DNA from: Barthelona sp. PAP020
Taxonomy: Eukaryota
Direction of reading: 5' to 3'
Assembly: GCA_040182905.1 (NCBI GenBank)
Contig: JARQWU010000030.1
Span: 1 to 63,496, forward strand
DNA: 63,496 nt
Positions 21,789 to 32,660 of this stretch are shown here, one piece after another; the stretch's first letter is position 1; every line of letters begins with the position of its first letter. The notes beneath the pieces are model-generated. The model did no database searches. It was not told the origin of the DNA and was given only the letters and a program-made list of their open reading frames with translations. A program made the position numbers and the translations under genes.

Positions 21789-23063
21789 TTATAAATTGAG
21801 ATTCTGTTCCAACATTCGCTTCACTGCAGGGATGTGATGGTTGATCGACGTCATTTCGCTTATGTCGGAGACGAAGCTGTTAAACGAGTCCAAGTACTGT
21901 CTTGCTTCGCTTAGTCTTCCGCCATTGCAAAGAGTGACGGCATAGTTCAAGTGAATCAATGGATTGTCGGGGTCCAAATGAAGTGCTCTTTGAAACGCAC
22001 GACACGCGTTACTGAAATCAGACAAATGTGCGAGTGCAATTCCTAAGAACATCAAACCTGGTGAATATTTGCCATTTAAGGATGCCGATGCAGACAAATG
22101 GTGGAATGCAGAAGCGAATTGCTGCCTGTTGAGATACACAAGCCCAAGATTAAAATTTATTCTCCACTCAAACGGAGACAGACTCAATGCCTTCTTCAGA
22201 CAGGCAATAGCTGATATATAATCCTTTTTCAGGAAGAAACACATACCGATGTTGTTCCACAGCTGGGGAGATGCAGGGGAATTCACTGCGGCAATGCGGT
22301 ACTTCATCAGAGCAACATCAGCATCACCAGCGTTCTGTAAAATGGATCCTGCAGCCAAAATTGTTTCTGACTTGGAGGGATCAAGCGTCAGCGCATTACC
22401 AAGCGCGTCAAATGCCTCTGTTGGCTTTCCCATCTTTAAATACAACAAGCCCAAAGCAGTCAGCAAATCCGAACTATCGGGAGTAAACGCCAATGCATTA
22501 TTAAACGCCTCAAGGGCCTCGTCAAAACGCTCTTCTTCGATCAAAAGATATCCCAACTCTAGATAGAATTTGTTATGTTTGTCAAAGCTTAAAGCGGTCT
22601 CCAAACATTTGACGGCATCATCGGGTTCGTCCAAATAGCGGTAACACTGAGCTCTGAAATAGTGAATCTCTGCAGTGTTCATGCCCAATTTAATTGCTTC
22701 GTCAAATGTGACGAGGGCTTCTTCGTGTCGACCAAGAAGAAAAAGAGATCGTCCGATTTGCTTTAAACTCTCGATATTATTGGAATTCAGCTTGGACACG
22801 GTTCTAAAATACTTCATTGACTCTTCGATCTTTCCCTCTTTTCTCAATATCAGTCCTTTTGCATACAAAGCATACTCAGCTTTTCCCTCGCTCTCCTGCA
22901 ACACTGAATCTATCAGTTCAGAACATTTCTCGAAGTCATTGGTAACATACAAATGGTGGATCTCCCAATTGTACTGATAGTTGAAGTAATTTGGTCTTGT
23001 CAACAAGTTCTTCAACTGGGATGGAAAATCAGCTGGCAATTGGTCCTTTGATAATGAAAACAT
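21789..23063 (-). CDS. BBS4: BBSome TPR subunit BBS4
   Basis: TPR array with BBS4-type segments NWEIHHLY, LKQIGRSLFLLGRH, AFDALGNALTLDP, DVALMKYR and SPQLWNNIGMCFF. Confidence 0.92.
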   Translation of the reverse strand: MFSLSKDQLPADFPSQLKNLLTRPNYFNYQYNWEIHHLYVTNDFEKCSELIDSVLQESEGKAEYALYAKGLILRKEGKIEESMKYFRTVSKLNSNNIESLKQIGRSLFLLGRHEEALVTFDEAIKLGMNTAEIHYFRAQCYRYLDEPDDAVKCLETALSFDKHNKFYLELGYLLIEEERFDEALEAFNNALAFTPDSSDLLTALGLLYLKMGKPTEAFDALGNALTLDPSKSETILAAGSILQNAGDADVALMKYRIAAVNSPASPQLWNNIGMCFFLKKDYISAIACLKKALSLSPFEWRINFNLGLVYLNRQQFASAFHHLSASASLNGKYSPGLMFLGIALAHLSDFSNACRAFQRALHLDPDNPLIHLNYAVTLCNGGRLSEARQYLDSFNSFVSDISEMTSINHHIPAVKRMLEQNLNL

Positions 23064-23112
23064 CTGTAAATGATAATTCCTTTTTAATATTTTTTGACAA
23101 TATCATTGTTTT

Positions 23113-24991
23113 ATGGTTGACAACAATTCACCAAACCCCTTGTGGTTGAATGTTAACACTGCGATTGAAGAAGACAGACCGAACGAGGTCTTGAAGTACC
23201 TGAACAAAAGTATTCTCCACATTGACCGTATCTAACCGCGTAGTTTCCAAAAGCGAACCCACCAACATTAACATTCCAATTGTAAAGGTCACGTGTTATA
23301 TTTTATTGGATGAGATCAGCACAGCCCTCAAGACGATTGAAAGCAACAGCATTGCTGAGTTCGTACCCTTTGAATTAGCGTACTGCTTGTACAGGTTGAA
23401 TCGCTTTGAGGACTGTCTTGGTTTGTTTGACAGTATGGACGAAGAAGAAATTGATGAGGGACTGTTGAACATCAAAGCCCAGTGTTTTTACTCTTTGCAT
23501 CGTTACCAGGAGGCGTATGACCTGTATCAGGAGCTGATTGAAGGATTTGAACCAGAGGACTATTTGGACCAACCAGAATTGATAATCAATCTCTACGCAA
23601 GTTGTTTCTTGGGAGAAAGCAGTGGCCATTTATTTGATTTCGATGAAATGATGATTGAGTCTCATTCATTTGACATCATGTTCAATCAAGCCCTGTTGAG
23701 ATTGGAGGCTGGCAACTACGCTGCGGCAAAGCCAATTTTGGAAAACTCATTGGAAATTTTGGAAGAAGCAAACGATGGTGCATTGAAGAAGAAATATGAA
23801 TCCTCAATCCGAGGATGTTTGGCCTTGTGTGAATATCACGAGGGAAAGCACCTGGAGGCTTTACATAAATTGGCTGATATTAGAAAGTCAACGGACACTT
23901 CTGGTGAGCTAAAGTTGATTTCGGGCAATAACGAAGTTGCGATTCATAGTGGTGGGCACAATGTCATTAATGCATTGAGAAGAACCAATATTCAAAGCAA
24001 TATCAAGTTGAACCCACTGCAGAAGGACATCATTCTTTTCAATCGTGTAATCATCTTGTGTGAGTCGAATGAAGAAAAGAGAATCAAAGAGGCATATAGT
24101 TTGTTGGAAGATATCAAGAATAGCACATATCAGAATCTAGCCACCGCTTTGGTCCTGTATTCTGACCACAAAATGGTTAAGGCCGAGGCCCTTTTGAAGG
24201 AAAATGTTGATAATCAGGCCTTATCCCCTTACTTGATGCAGTTGTTGTGTTTGAAGGGTAATTTTGAAGAAGCAATCGAAGTTCTCGACAACAACAATGC
24301 AACATTGCTTAAATCTGCGGTTGGCATTGCAACCAAGGCAAAGTTGATTGAAATTAGCACAGAAGACCCAACGGCAGCCGCAACTTTCTTAATGGGAAAT
24401 ATAATTGAAGAAAACAAGTTGGAAATGATCGAAGAAGCCGCTAAATTGTTTGCACTTTCAAAAGAATTCCAGAAGGCAGTTGATTGCTATTCCTTATTGG
24501 ATTTTAACAAACTGCCCATTGAAGCAAAAGCCAGATTCATCGGTTATCTGTTAGACGCTGATTTGGATACAAGCAGCTACATCAACCAGATCGACGATCT
24601 CGACGTTTCAAAAGTTGATGTCAAAGAATTGGAACGTTTGCCCAGTCATCAGTTACCTCATTCAGTGCAGGTGGAAGGATTGAAGAGGGATTTGGTTGCA
24701 GAAAGTGAAAAAGTCAAAAAACCAAAAAATAAGAAGAAAAAGAAAAACAAACTTCCCAAAAACTTCAATCCTGACATTTCCCCTGACCCTAACAGGTGGT
24801 TACCAAAGTTAGAGAGAGATGCCTTGAAGAGAAAAGGCAAAGCTGGACGTCATCAAAAAGACCAAAAGTATTTCGCAGGAGCAATGCAAGGTGATGCCGA
24901 AGTTCAGAACGTCAATGCCGATAAATCTTCAAAAGCAACAAAATTCAAATCCAAAGGCAGAAATAAAGGCAGAATGAACAGAAGAAGATAA
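23113..24991 (+). CDS. SRP72: Signal recognition particle subunit SRP72; 2 exons (23113-23209, 23244-24991)
   Basis: TPRs (FELAYCLYRLN, LNIKAQCFYSL) and the SRP72 RNA-binding motif KKKKKNKLPKNFNPDISPDPNRWLPKLER. An upstream exon joins in frame through a GT-AG intron. Confidence 0.93.
23210..23243 (+). other. 34-nt spliceosomal intron in SRP72
   Basis: GTATTCTCCACATTGACCGTATCTAACCGCGTAG; removal joins the ATG at 23113 to the main ORF in frame (A|TT). Confidence 0.85.
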
Positions 24992-25223
24992 TCACTTTCT
25001 TTATAAACTCGTGTGTCAATTGTGTAAATTTTTTTTTTTTCTAAAAAGCAGTTTTACAAAATTTCAAAAGTAATTTAAAGAGAGATAATTAAAAACACTT
25101 CTTTCAAAACTAATGGTAACAAAAAGGTTGTGATTTTTCCACCAAACTGTGGTTTAATTTGTGGATAAATTAAAAGAGGAAAAAAAAAATTTGAATTTAT
25201 TTTTGATTTTAATTTTCTTCTAA

Positions 25224-25643
25224 ATGAATACCCCCGAATCGAAAGAGAGAAAACCCATATCTGGCGTTAAAGTAGTTAGAAAGCATGGAAAGAGCTACAT
25301 GATTACTGAAAAAAATCCCAATCGTTTACCAACTCCTCAAGAAAAAGCTCCAACATCTACATATCGTTCAGAATTCAAAAAATTTTCCACTTGTACATCT
25401 CATGATAAGCCTTTAGAACCATATAATCCTACTGCAGCAAGAAATTCAATACCACCAAAGGATGGAAAGAAAAGAAGTCGTTATGACACTTCTTTTAAAT
25501 TAGAGGATAAAAGTTTCAATCCTCGTTTCCAATTTACTACTACTTCCAGACAAACCTTTCAAGCACCTACCAATATTGTTGGGCAGGATAATCCAGCTAT
25601 TTTACAAAACAATTTAAACTTTTCACGTAGTATTCGCCGCTAA
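25224..25643 (+). CDS. Small basic hypothetical protein, possibly axonemal microtubule-associated
   Basis: 139-aa ATG ORF. STYRSEF and TTTSRQTF resemble microtubule-inner-protein-type repeats (weak). Confidence 0.6.
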   Translation: MNTPESKERKPISGVKVVRKHGKSYMITEKNPNRLPTPQEKAPTSTYRSEFKKFSTCTSHDKPLEPYNPTAARNSIPPKDGKKRSRYDTSFKLEDKSFNPRFQFTTTSRQTFQAPTNIVGQDNPAILQNNLNFSRSIRR

Positions 25644-26032
25644 ATTTTCCTTTCTGTAAATGATGAAACAATTCATTTTTTATCTGTTTAAATTCTTATC
25701 AAAAGTCTTTTTTCAGTTTGGTTAAATTCAGATTACATTTATATATACCACAATAAATAACCCTCTACCTCAAAAACATTCATTTTTGGAAGAAAATATT
25801 TTCAATAAATAAATGATTTCAACAAATTTGTTTATATTCTTTAATTGCAATGTTGTTTACATCTAAGTTTCAATTGAAGATTTATTGTCATTGATTGTAA
25901 ATATAATCTGTAAAAGAAGAATGATGTGATTTGATGTTTGCGAAACAAATGCTGCTTGATAAATCTATTAACCTAGTTACAGTTTATTTAAGTATATTGA
26001 AATATTGAAAAACTATTAAGTTTCAAAAGACA

Positions 26033-26485
26033 ATGCAAACTCATAATGAACATGAATTCTTTGAAGCTTTTGTGAAAAGGAAAAGGATTGTTTCTTTTCA
26101 ATGTTTTTCAATTTCTGCCAAATGTTACTCTTATGGCAATTTTCAAGAGGGCAGATTCTTTGAAAAGTTGTCAAAGAGATTTTATGATGATCTGCTTTTG
26201 TATTCAGAATTGTTTCACACAAATGAATTCTTCTTTCTAACTTCTACTGAAGAATGTTTAAACGCATTAAACACACAAATAAATGCTGAAGCAAATGAAA
26301 TATCCAAATATCTTTCCTTTATTTTAAAAGAACAAAAAACATTAATTCAAAAATTGCTAATGTGGATAAAAACAACAAGCAATTGGAATTTACAGTCAGA
26401 TTCAATATTTAGTCAAAAAATGACAACCTTATACAATATTGAAAAAAACAATGAACGAATGATAAAGAAAACGGTGCTTTTGTGA
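26033..26485 (+). CDS. Hypothetical protein
   Basis: 150-aa ATG ORF with no recognisable motif. Confidence 0.35.
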   Translation: MQTHNEHEFFEAFVKRKRIVSFQCFSISAKCYSYGNFQEGRFFEKLSKRFYDDLLLYSELFHTNEFFFLTSTEECLNALNTQINAEANEISKYLSFILKEQKTLIQKLLMWIKTTSNWNLQSDSIFSQKMTTLYNIEKNNERMIKKTVLL

Positions 26486-26689
26486 TGAAAAATCCCTTTT
26501 TCTTCATATTTTGTTTATTTTTACTTCTTGTTTTCAATTAACTTTCATTGAAACAAAAATTGTAAATAGTCAAATAGAATTTATTTTTCACAAAAAGAGC
26601 CACATTTTTCTCAACAAACGAAGTCACTGCAACCAACAAAAGTTTTATAAATCTAAAAAATTGAACAACATTCAAAATTGACGGAGAAT

Positions 26690-27172
26690 TCATCCCTCTT
26701 GAAATTCATTCCATTCTTCACGCAAAATATCCATAGAATCGTTTAATTCTCCAATGATTTCATCAATATTAGCTAAATATATTGATTTCAACTGACTTGC
26801 AACACTCATTGGAAGTGACAAATCTTCTTCTCTATTATTCTTAGAAATAACCCTTTGATAAATTGAATCATGGTATTCAACTGTATACTTAATTCTTTGA
26901 GCCTGCAAATTATTTATTAACTCCAAAGTTGGGACGAGTTCTAACAAATCTAAATTTTCACAGTTTTTTATATCATTAACCGTTTCTTTTAATTCCTTTA
27001 AATGTGAATGAACTCTTTCGGTACAATTTTTTCCTCTTCTTAAATATTCCTTTTCAAAGAGAATACCATTTTCCAAATATTCATTTAAAGCTTGATTAAA
27101 ATCTCTTATAGCGATTGATAATTGTTCGTGTAAAATAATACATTCTTTAAGAACACTGTTTGGTAAAAACAT
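26690..27172 (-). CDS. Helical protein, possibly REX1-B (required for excision 1-B) domain family
   Basis: Pattern FNQALNEYL...EY...LQAQRIKYT...IDEIIGELNDSMDILREE resembles REX1-B; recognised by eye only. Confidence 0.5.
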   Translation of the reverse strand: MFLPNSVLKECIILHEQLSIAIRDFNQALNEYLENGILFEKEYLRRGKNCTERVHSHLKELKETVNDIKNCENLDLLELVPTLELINNLQAQRIKYTVEYHDSIYQRVISKNNREEDLSLPMSVASQLKSIYLANIDEIIGELNDSMDILREEWNEFQEG

Positions 27173-27233
27173 CCGAAAAAAACTCTTGAAGAAAATTTTA
27201 CATTATAATCCTGATTAAATGGCAAATTAAAAG

Positions 27234-28463
27234 ATGAATGATGTATTTGCTGATTCAATAATTGGACCTATATTAAATGAAGTACTAATTGAAAAAGATT
27301 TTGATGAACCCTTTTCAATATTGTTGTTTGTTTCCATGGATGGAAAGACAATTTATCAAACATGTGAAAACTATTCCAAATTAACATATTCTGATGCTAT
27401 GGTATTGAAAGGAATGTATGATACCGCTATTGATAATAAATCTTTATTGTATATGATAAATAATCAAGCAATTAATATTATATTTAAAGAAATTGAACAA
27501 TTTACAGTGATTTTTATAAATAACATTAACATAAAAACAAAATATCTTATGTTTTTGGTTGATGTTTTTATTACAGTAACTACTTTGTTTGGATTTACCA
27601 AAAAACCCAATCAAAATATTTATATACAATGTGAAAGCATATTTAAATTGTTATTATCTCAGATTTATCCTTCTGCTTCTCTTATTGTACTATTCAATGC
27701 AATTCCTAGTTTATTTTCGACAGATGTAACCTCAAATAACTTAAATGAATGGCTTGTTCAAACCAAAAATTTGTTAATGTCTTTGGATTCAACCATTACA
27801 AAAGTATCTCTTTGGTTTCTTCCGAATGTGAGTTCTAATTTGTATTTGATCAGTGGAAAAGGATTTGAATATGGAGACAAAATAGATTTGGTGCTTTATC
27901 AAAAATTGCAGATGATTGCGACATCCATGATATCCTTTTGCTGCTTTGATTTTTATATTGATAATAAATTGAAGAAAATTTATGCAATATTTGTGGAAAA
28001 AAAAACGTTTCTCACATTCATTACAGATGTTGAAACAAAAAATGCAAAAAAAGGCAAAAAAATTCTTTCAACCAATATATCAGATATTATTTTAAGCAAT
28101 ACGTTGAGCATTAGCTCATTAAACAAATTAAAAAAACAATGGACATATGGTACAGCAGAACAATTGAGTTCAAAAGTTTTTTGGTACTTTTTAAAGAAAA
28201 ACAGCAACAATTTGACCAGATTAGGAATGATCAATTTGTGTCTTACAAAAGAAGCTTTGAATATGTTGGAAGAACTCGTTTGGGAAGGTGCTGATCTTCC
28301 TATTAAAGAAGAACTAACAATTGAAACAATAGACAATAAATGTTTGTGTCGAATTATCAAAAATGGTTATCTTTTTATTGTTTGTTTAAAAGAATTACCC
28401 TTTTATGTTTCAATTCAATATGTATATGATTTATTTGATCAATTTATATTAGACTTTTCATAA
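27234..28463 (+). CDS. Hypothetical protein, possibly tri-longin domain (Fuzzy/Mon1-like)
   Basis: 409-aa ORF. ILLFVSMDGKTIY resembles the longin beta1-beta2 start, and the C-terminal ELTIETIDNKC...LFIV is Fuzzy-like. The family call is weak. Confidence 0.55.
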   Translation: MNDVFADSIIGPILNEVLIEKDFDEPFSILLFVSMDGKTIYQTCENYSKLTYSDAMVLKGMYDTAIDNKSLLYMINNQAINIIFKEIEQFTVIFINNINIKTKYLMFLVDVFITVTTLFGFTKKPNQNIYIQCESIFKLLLSQIYPSASLIVLFNAIPSLFSTDVTSNNLNEWLVQTKNLLMSLDSTITKVSLWFLPNVSSNLYLISGKGFEYGDKIDLVLYQKLQMIATSMISFCCFDFYIDNKLKKIYAIFVEKKTFLTFITDVETKNAKKGKKILSTNISDIILSNTLSISSLNKLKKQWTYGTAEQLSSKVFWYFLKKNSNNLTRLGMINLCLTKEALNMLEELVWEGADLPIKEELTIETIDNKCLCRIIKNGYLFIVCLKELPFYVSIQYVYDLFDQFILDFS

Positions 28464-28553
28464 AGGAATAGTTATTTTTTCTTTTCAAATTGGAATTTTG
28501 TGTGAAAGAAGAGAAAAAAATTCAATAAATAATCTTTTTTTTCTTGTTTAAAC

Positions 28554-29075
28554 ATGTTATTAGAACATAATTATGGGGAAAAATCTCAAACACAACGATG
28601 GTTAGAAATGTTGTCTGCGGTTGCTTTATTAATTTTGTTTGTTTTATCCATTTATTTTTCTTTTCAAAAAATTGGTTGTGATTCAACCTTATTTTTTAAT
28701 ATTATCACAAATCTTGTTTTAGCTTCTGCATTTTTTATATTTTTAATGTGGTGGAAAGCTGAAACAAATATGGAAGATAAATGGTTTTATATTCTCATTC
28801 TTCTTGGGGTCACTTTGGCTGTTTCTTCATTAGGTACAATTATTACTGCAAAGAATGCTTGTCCAGCACCTAGATGGTGTCCAACTGATGGTTGTACTGA
28901 AAGTGATGTTTATGATATGGTTACTGGTTCATGCAAAACTCGTTGTGAAGGTCCTGTTCAATTATTTGAAATCAAAGATAACACTATGCGTGAGATTTTT
29001 AAGTGCAACGCCAAAGATTGTAAAGTTGATTGTCCCAAATCCAATTTGCTTAAGGAATTAATTAGATCTATTTAG
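28554..29075 (+). CDS. Three-TM membrane protein (TMEM243-like) with Cys-rich C-terminal extension
   Basis: YGEKSQTQRW...3 TM helices...MWWKAETNMEDKW, followed by 8 Cys. Confidence 0.65.
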   Translation: MLLEHNYGEKSQTQRWLEMLSAVALLILFVLSIYFSFQKIGCDSTLFFNIITNLVLASAFFIFLMWWKAETNMEDKWFYILILLGVTLAVSSLGTIITAKNACPAPRWCPTDGCTESDVYDMVTGSCKTRCEGPVQLFEIKDNTMREIFKCNAKDCKVDCPKSNLLKELIRSI

Positions 29076-29224
29076 TTTGTTGCAATTCTGTTGAATAAAA
29101 CATAATTTATCAATTAAATAAATACTTTGTGAATGTTTTTTTAGGTTGTTTCTTGATATTTTTTCATTTTACATTTTCATATTTGGCCAAATAAATTAAC
29201 ACACATATAATAAATCAAAGGTAA

Positions 29225-29398
29225 AATTGTTTCCAAGCCAAGAAGCACTGTGCGTATGAGTGAATGAAAAAGAATAGTGTTTATTTGGTTAAAGGTTTTC
29301 GAGGACCGATTGATCTGTTGAAAAACTTTAGATTTTCTGAGGAAAAGTTTAGACTTTGAAATTTTGCTTTTTGCAAAATTACAATAAATAAGAATGAA
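29225..29398 (-). repeat. Dispersed ~175-bp repeat, copy A (inverted relative to B and C)
   Basis: Approximate reverse complement of 29663-29836 (e.g. gaagcactgtgcgtatgagtgaatgaaaaagaatagtgtttat). Confidence 0.92.
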
Positions 29399-29549
29399 AA
29401 ATATAGTTGTTTCACAACTGGACCAAATTAGCTTTTGAATTAACAAAAAGAAATTATAATCAAATGAGAATTGAATTTTACAATTCTATTGAATCCATAT
29501 TGTAATTGATTAATTAAAAAATTGGTCAAGTTGTGAAACAACTATATTT
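29399..29549. repeat. ~31-bp inverted repeat pair nested between copies A and B
   Basis: aaatatagttgtttcacaactggaccaaatt (29399-29429) versus aaattggtcaagttgtgaaacaactatattt (29519-29549). Confidence 0.9.
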
Positions 29550-29662
29550 ATTTACAAAGAAAAAGCAATCAGAAAAAACTCATTTCATTAAATCTCAGCC
29601 ACAGAAAATAAGTGGCTGCAATTGAATCTTAATCATCAAGAATGAAAATTTTGGAAAAATTC

Positions 29663-29836
29663 TTCATTCCTATTTTTTTGTATTTTTGCAAAAGCAAAAT
29701 TTTAAAGTTTGAACTTTACCTTGGAAAATCTAAAGTTTTTCAACAGATCAATCGGGCCTCGAAAGCCCTTCACCACATAAACACTATTCTTTTTCATTCA
29801 CTCATACGCACAGTGCTTCTTGTCTTGGAAATAATT
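29663..29836 (+). repeat. Dispersed ~175-bp repeat, copy B
   Basis: gcaaaagcaaaattttaaagtttgaactttaccttggaaaatctaaagtttttcaacagatcaatc...ctcatacgcacagtgctt. Confidence 0.92.
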
Positions 29837-30427
29837 GCAATAATATTAATTCAAAGAACTCACTTAAATAAGTCAAAACCAAAGCGGAGAATTAAAGGAC
29901 TGAAATGTAACTTCGATGATCAAGTGGGAAAATTTGGTGAAATTTTCTTGTTCCCGTTCTTTGTATGAAATAAAAGCAAAATTTTAAAGATCTGACTTAC
30001 TTTTTTGAAAATTAAAAATTGAAGAGGTTAACATAGAAATATTGGTTGGTTTTGATCACTCTAAAAGAGAGTTGGAGCACATTTTCATTATTAAATGGCA
30101 CAACGAAAATTTCATGATGAACTCTTTAACAGTTACAACACAATATAGCACAGTAATTGCTCTTTGTTTTTAAAAAGAATTGTCCAACAAGGTATTTTCT
30201 GTTTTTTAGACACAGAATCTGAGTTTTGTGGGGAATGAAAGAGGAAGTTGGATGAGAAGCTAAAGTTCCTCAAATAAAACATTCCAAACCCTCTTCAAAT
30301 CACTCAGTTAGTAACAAACCTTTACCAATGGTTATATCAAAAAACAAATAAACTATAATTTATATGTAAAAAAAAATTATCCACAAAACATGAATGGCAC
30401 AAACATGTAACCACAAAAAAGACCTTT

Positions 30428-31912
30428 CTAATCATCATTGTCATCACTATCATCATCTTTCATCTCTTCATCAATATACTGACGCATATTGCCATCATTC
30501 CTTTCATTGATGTCAATCAAATCCCAACATAAGTTGATTGATATGTCAAAATCTCTTTGATTCATGTAGACTCCAGCACTGACAAATTCTCGGATGATGA
30601 CACTGTTCACATTCATTGCAACAAGAGTTGATAAAAGATAGCCCTCATTCTTTACCAATTCAATTAATTCAGCTTTGGACAAGTGCTCAAATTTCAAATC
30701 AGCAGGTTCACTACTCTTCAATTGTTGTTTTAAATTGGGACAGCTCAAAATACTGTATTTGTTCTTTTTCCATTGTTCATCACTTGTATACAATCTGTTG
30801 AAAAATAACAGCATATCTTCACTATATAGGTTTATTTCGGGACAATCTAGAAGCATCTTGGCAATATCAAGATAACCATAATAACAACTGACATACAATG
30901 GAGAAAATCCACCGTCCCTACACAAATTAACATCAGCTCCATGATCCAAGAGCATTTTGGCAACATCAAGATGACCATTTTGACAACTGATGTACAATGG
31001 AGAAAGATTAGCATTCCTGCACAAATTTACATCAGCCCCATAATCCAAGAGCATTTTAGCTACATCAAGATGACCAAGTTCACAACTGATGTACAATGGA
31101 GAAGCACCTTCATCCATACACAAATTAATATCAGTTCCATGATCCAAAAGTATTTTGGCAACATCAAGATGACCATTTTGACAACTGATGTACAATGGAG
31201 AACTACCATCATCAGGACACAAATTAACATCAGCTCCATGATCCAAGAGTATTCTGGCAACATCAAGATGACCATTTTGACAACTCATGTACAATGGAGA
31301 ACTACCATCATCAGGACACAAATTAACATCAGCCCCATGATCCAAAAGCATTTTGGCAACATCAAGATGACCATTTTGACAACTGATGTACAATGGCGAA
31401 AAATTTTCATTATTATTACCCAAATTAACATCAGCCCCATGATCCAAGAGTATTCTGGCAACATCAAGATGTCCATTTTGACAACTGATGTACAATGGAG
31501 AACTACCATCATCAGGACACAAATTAACATCAGCTCCATGATCCAAAAGCATTTTGGCAACATCAAGATGACCATTTTGACAACTGATGTACAATGGAGA
31601 AGCATTATCATTCATACTCAAATTAACATTAGCGCCAAAATCCAACAAAAATTCAATAACTTCTATATGCCCATTAAAAGCAGCTCCCCAAAGCGATGTC
31701 CTTCCTTCCTTGCCCTGTTTATTCACATCAACGCCAGCTTTGATACACTGCTTGACAACCTCAAGATTATCATCACATGCTGCATAATAGATCTTCTTTG
31801 GTCGACCATTATCTTCAAATCCATCCACATCGAACCCATCTGGAACAACAACTTTGTCCATGTTATACTTAACATAAGGGTCAGTTTCTTCAACCGCAGT
31901 GTTAACAACCAT
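30428..31912 (-). CDS. Ankyrin-repeat protein (about 10 repeats, 8 near-identical) with the 'WDLxDINE' C-terminal domain
   Basis: Eight SPLYxSCxxGxLDxAxxLLD units; C-terminus LIELVK...NLCWDLIDINERNDGNMRQYIDEE plus an acidic tail. Probable ATG at 31912. Confidence 0.93.
   Translation of the reverse strand: MVVNTAVEETDPYVKYNMDKVVVPDGFDVDGFEDNGRPKKIYYAACDDNLEVVKQCIKAGVDVNKQGKEGRTSLWGAAFNGHIEVIEFLLDFGANVNLSMNDNASPLYISCQNGHLDVAKMLLDHGADVNLCPDDGSSPLYISCQNGHLDVARILLDHGADVNLGNNNENFSPLYISCQNGHLDVAKMLLDHGADVNLCPDDGSSPLYMSCQNGHLDVARILLDHGADVNLCPDDGSSPLYISCQNGHLDVAKILLDHGTDINLCMDEGASPLYISCELGHLDVAKMLLDYGADVNLCRNANLSPLYISCQNGHLDVAKMLLDHGADVNLCRDGGFSPLYVSCYYGYLDIAKMLLDCPEINLYSEDMLLFFNRLYTSDEQWKKNKYSILSCPNLKQQLKSSEPADLKFEHLSKAELIELVKNEGYLLSTLVAMNVNSVIIREFVSAGVYMNQRDFDISINLCWDLIDINERNDGNMRQYIDEEMKDDDSDDNDD
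30845..31630. repeat. Coding tandem array of 99-bp units (one 102 bp)
   Basis: ggcaacatcaagatgaccattttgacaactgatgtacaatggaga recurs at ~99-bp spacing. Confidence 0.95.
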
Positions 31913-32660
31913 TGTCGGCAAAAAAAAAAAAAAATGCAAACCTGTAAAAATTTCTCATTTCTCTTTAGACATTCAATATTTATCCCTGAAATCAGGCATT
32001 ATTTTAGTTTAGTTGTTGGCAAAATGAAATTCGATAATTGATTGACTGGTTTGTGGAGAACTCTTCACAATATTAATTAATTCTTGAGACCTCCTTTTTC
32101 GAATTGATGCAGCGAATTGAACTTACGATATTGATTTAAACATTGTGAAAATGTCGCACAATTATGAAGGTTTGTCATAATGATGTTTGTTCTAATATTT
32201 TTTACAAAAGACATTGTTCCATTTCATTTTTGCAGATTTGTTGATGTAATGATGGTATTGACATATTTATACTCACGAAATTCACAAATTAAACTTGCAA
32301 GAGTGCGATATGCATTCACCAAATTTTATCTTTGTGTTCCATTGAAGAAACCTTTTTCATTTCTTCAATGAGCCTACAATGTTGTTAGTGTGACAACCTT
32401 CAATTTAATTAAATAAAGGCAACATCATTTATAATTGTTTTTTGTTCTTGTTGTGTTGGACTCCAACAATCGGTATGGTAACAACAAGAAAAGATAAAAG
32501 TGGCATGAGACTTTGGTGTAGTGGTGATGCAAACTAATACAGAGAAAGAAGACCAAAGAGTCATTTTGGGAAATTTTGGTCAAAATTCAGGGTGTGAGAT
32601 CCAGATTGAAAGTACATTGTGTATCCAGGTTGGGTCTTTGAAAAGAATTTCTGACCCTAC

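Noticed and set aside
29177..29968. Two similar short ORFs (89 aa on -, 108 aa on +)
   Set aside because: They are translations of the inverted non-coding repeat copies A and B, with no protein-like features.
30845..31630. CRISPR-like array
   Set aside because: The units are in-frame coding ankyrin repeats with no unique spacers and no cas genes, in a eukaryotic context.
30941..32041. 366-aa repetitive ORF on the + strand
   Set aside because: Antisense shadow of the 99-bp ankyrin array; a stop-free unit repeated in tandem gives a long ORF automatically.
32537..32560. U6 snRNA candidate (ATACAGAGAAAGA)
   Set aside because: The ACAGAGA box is not followed by the AGC triad or internal stem-loop.
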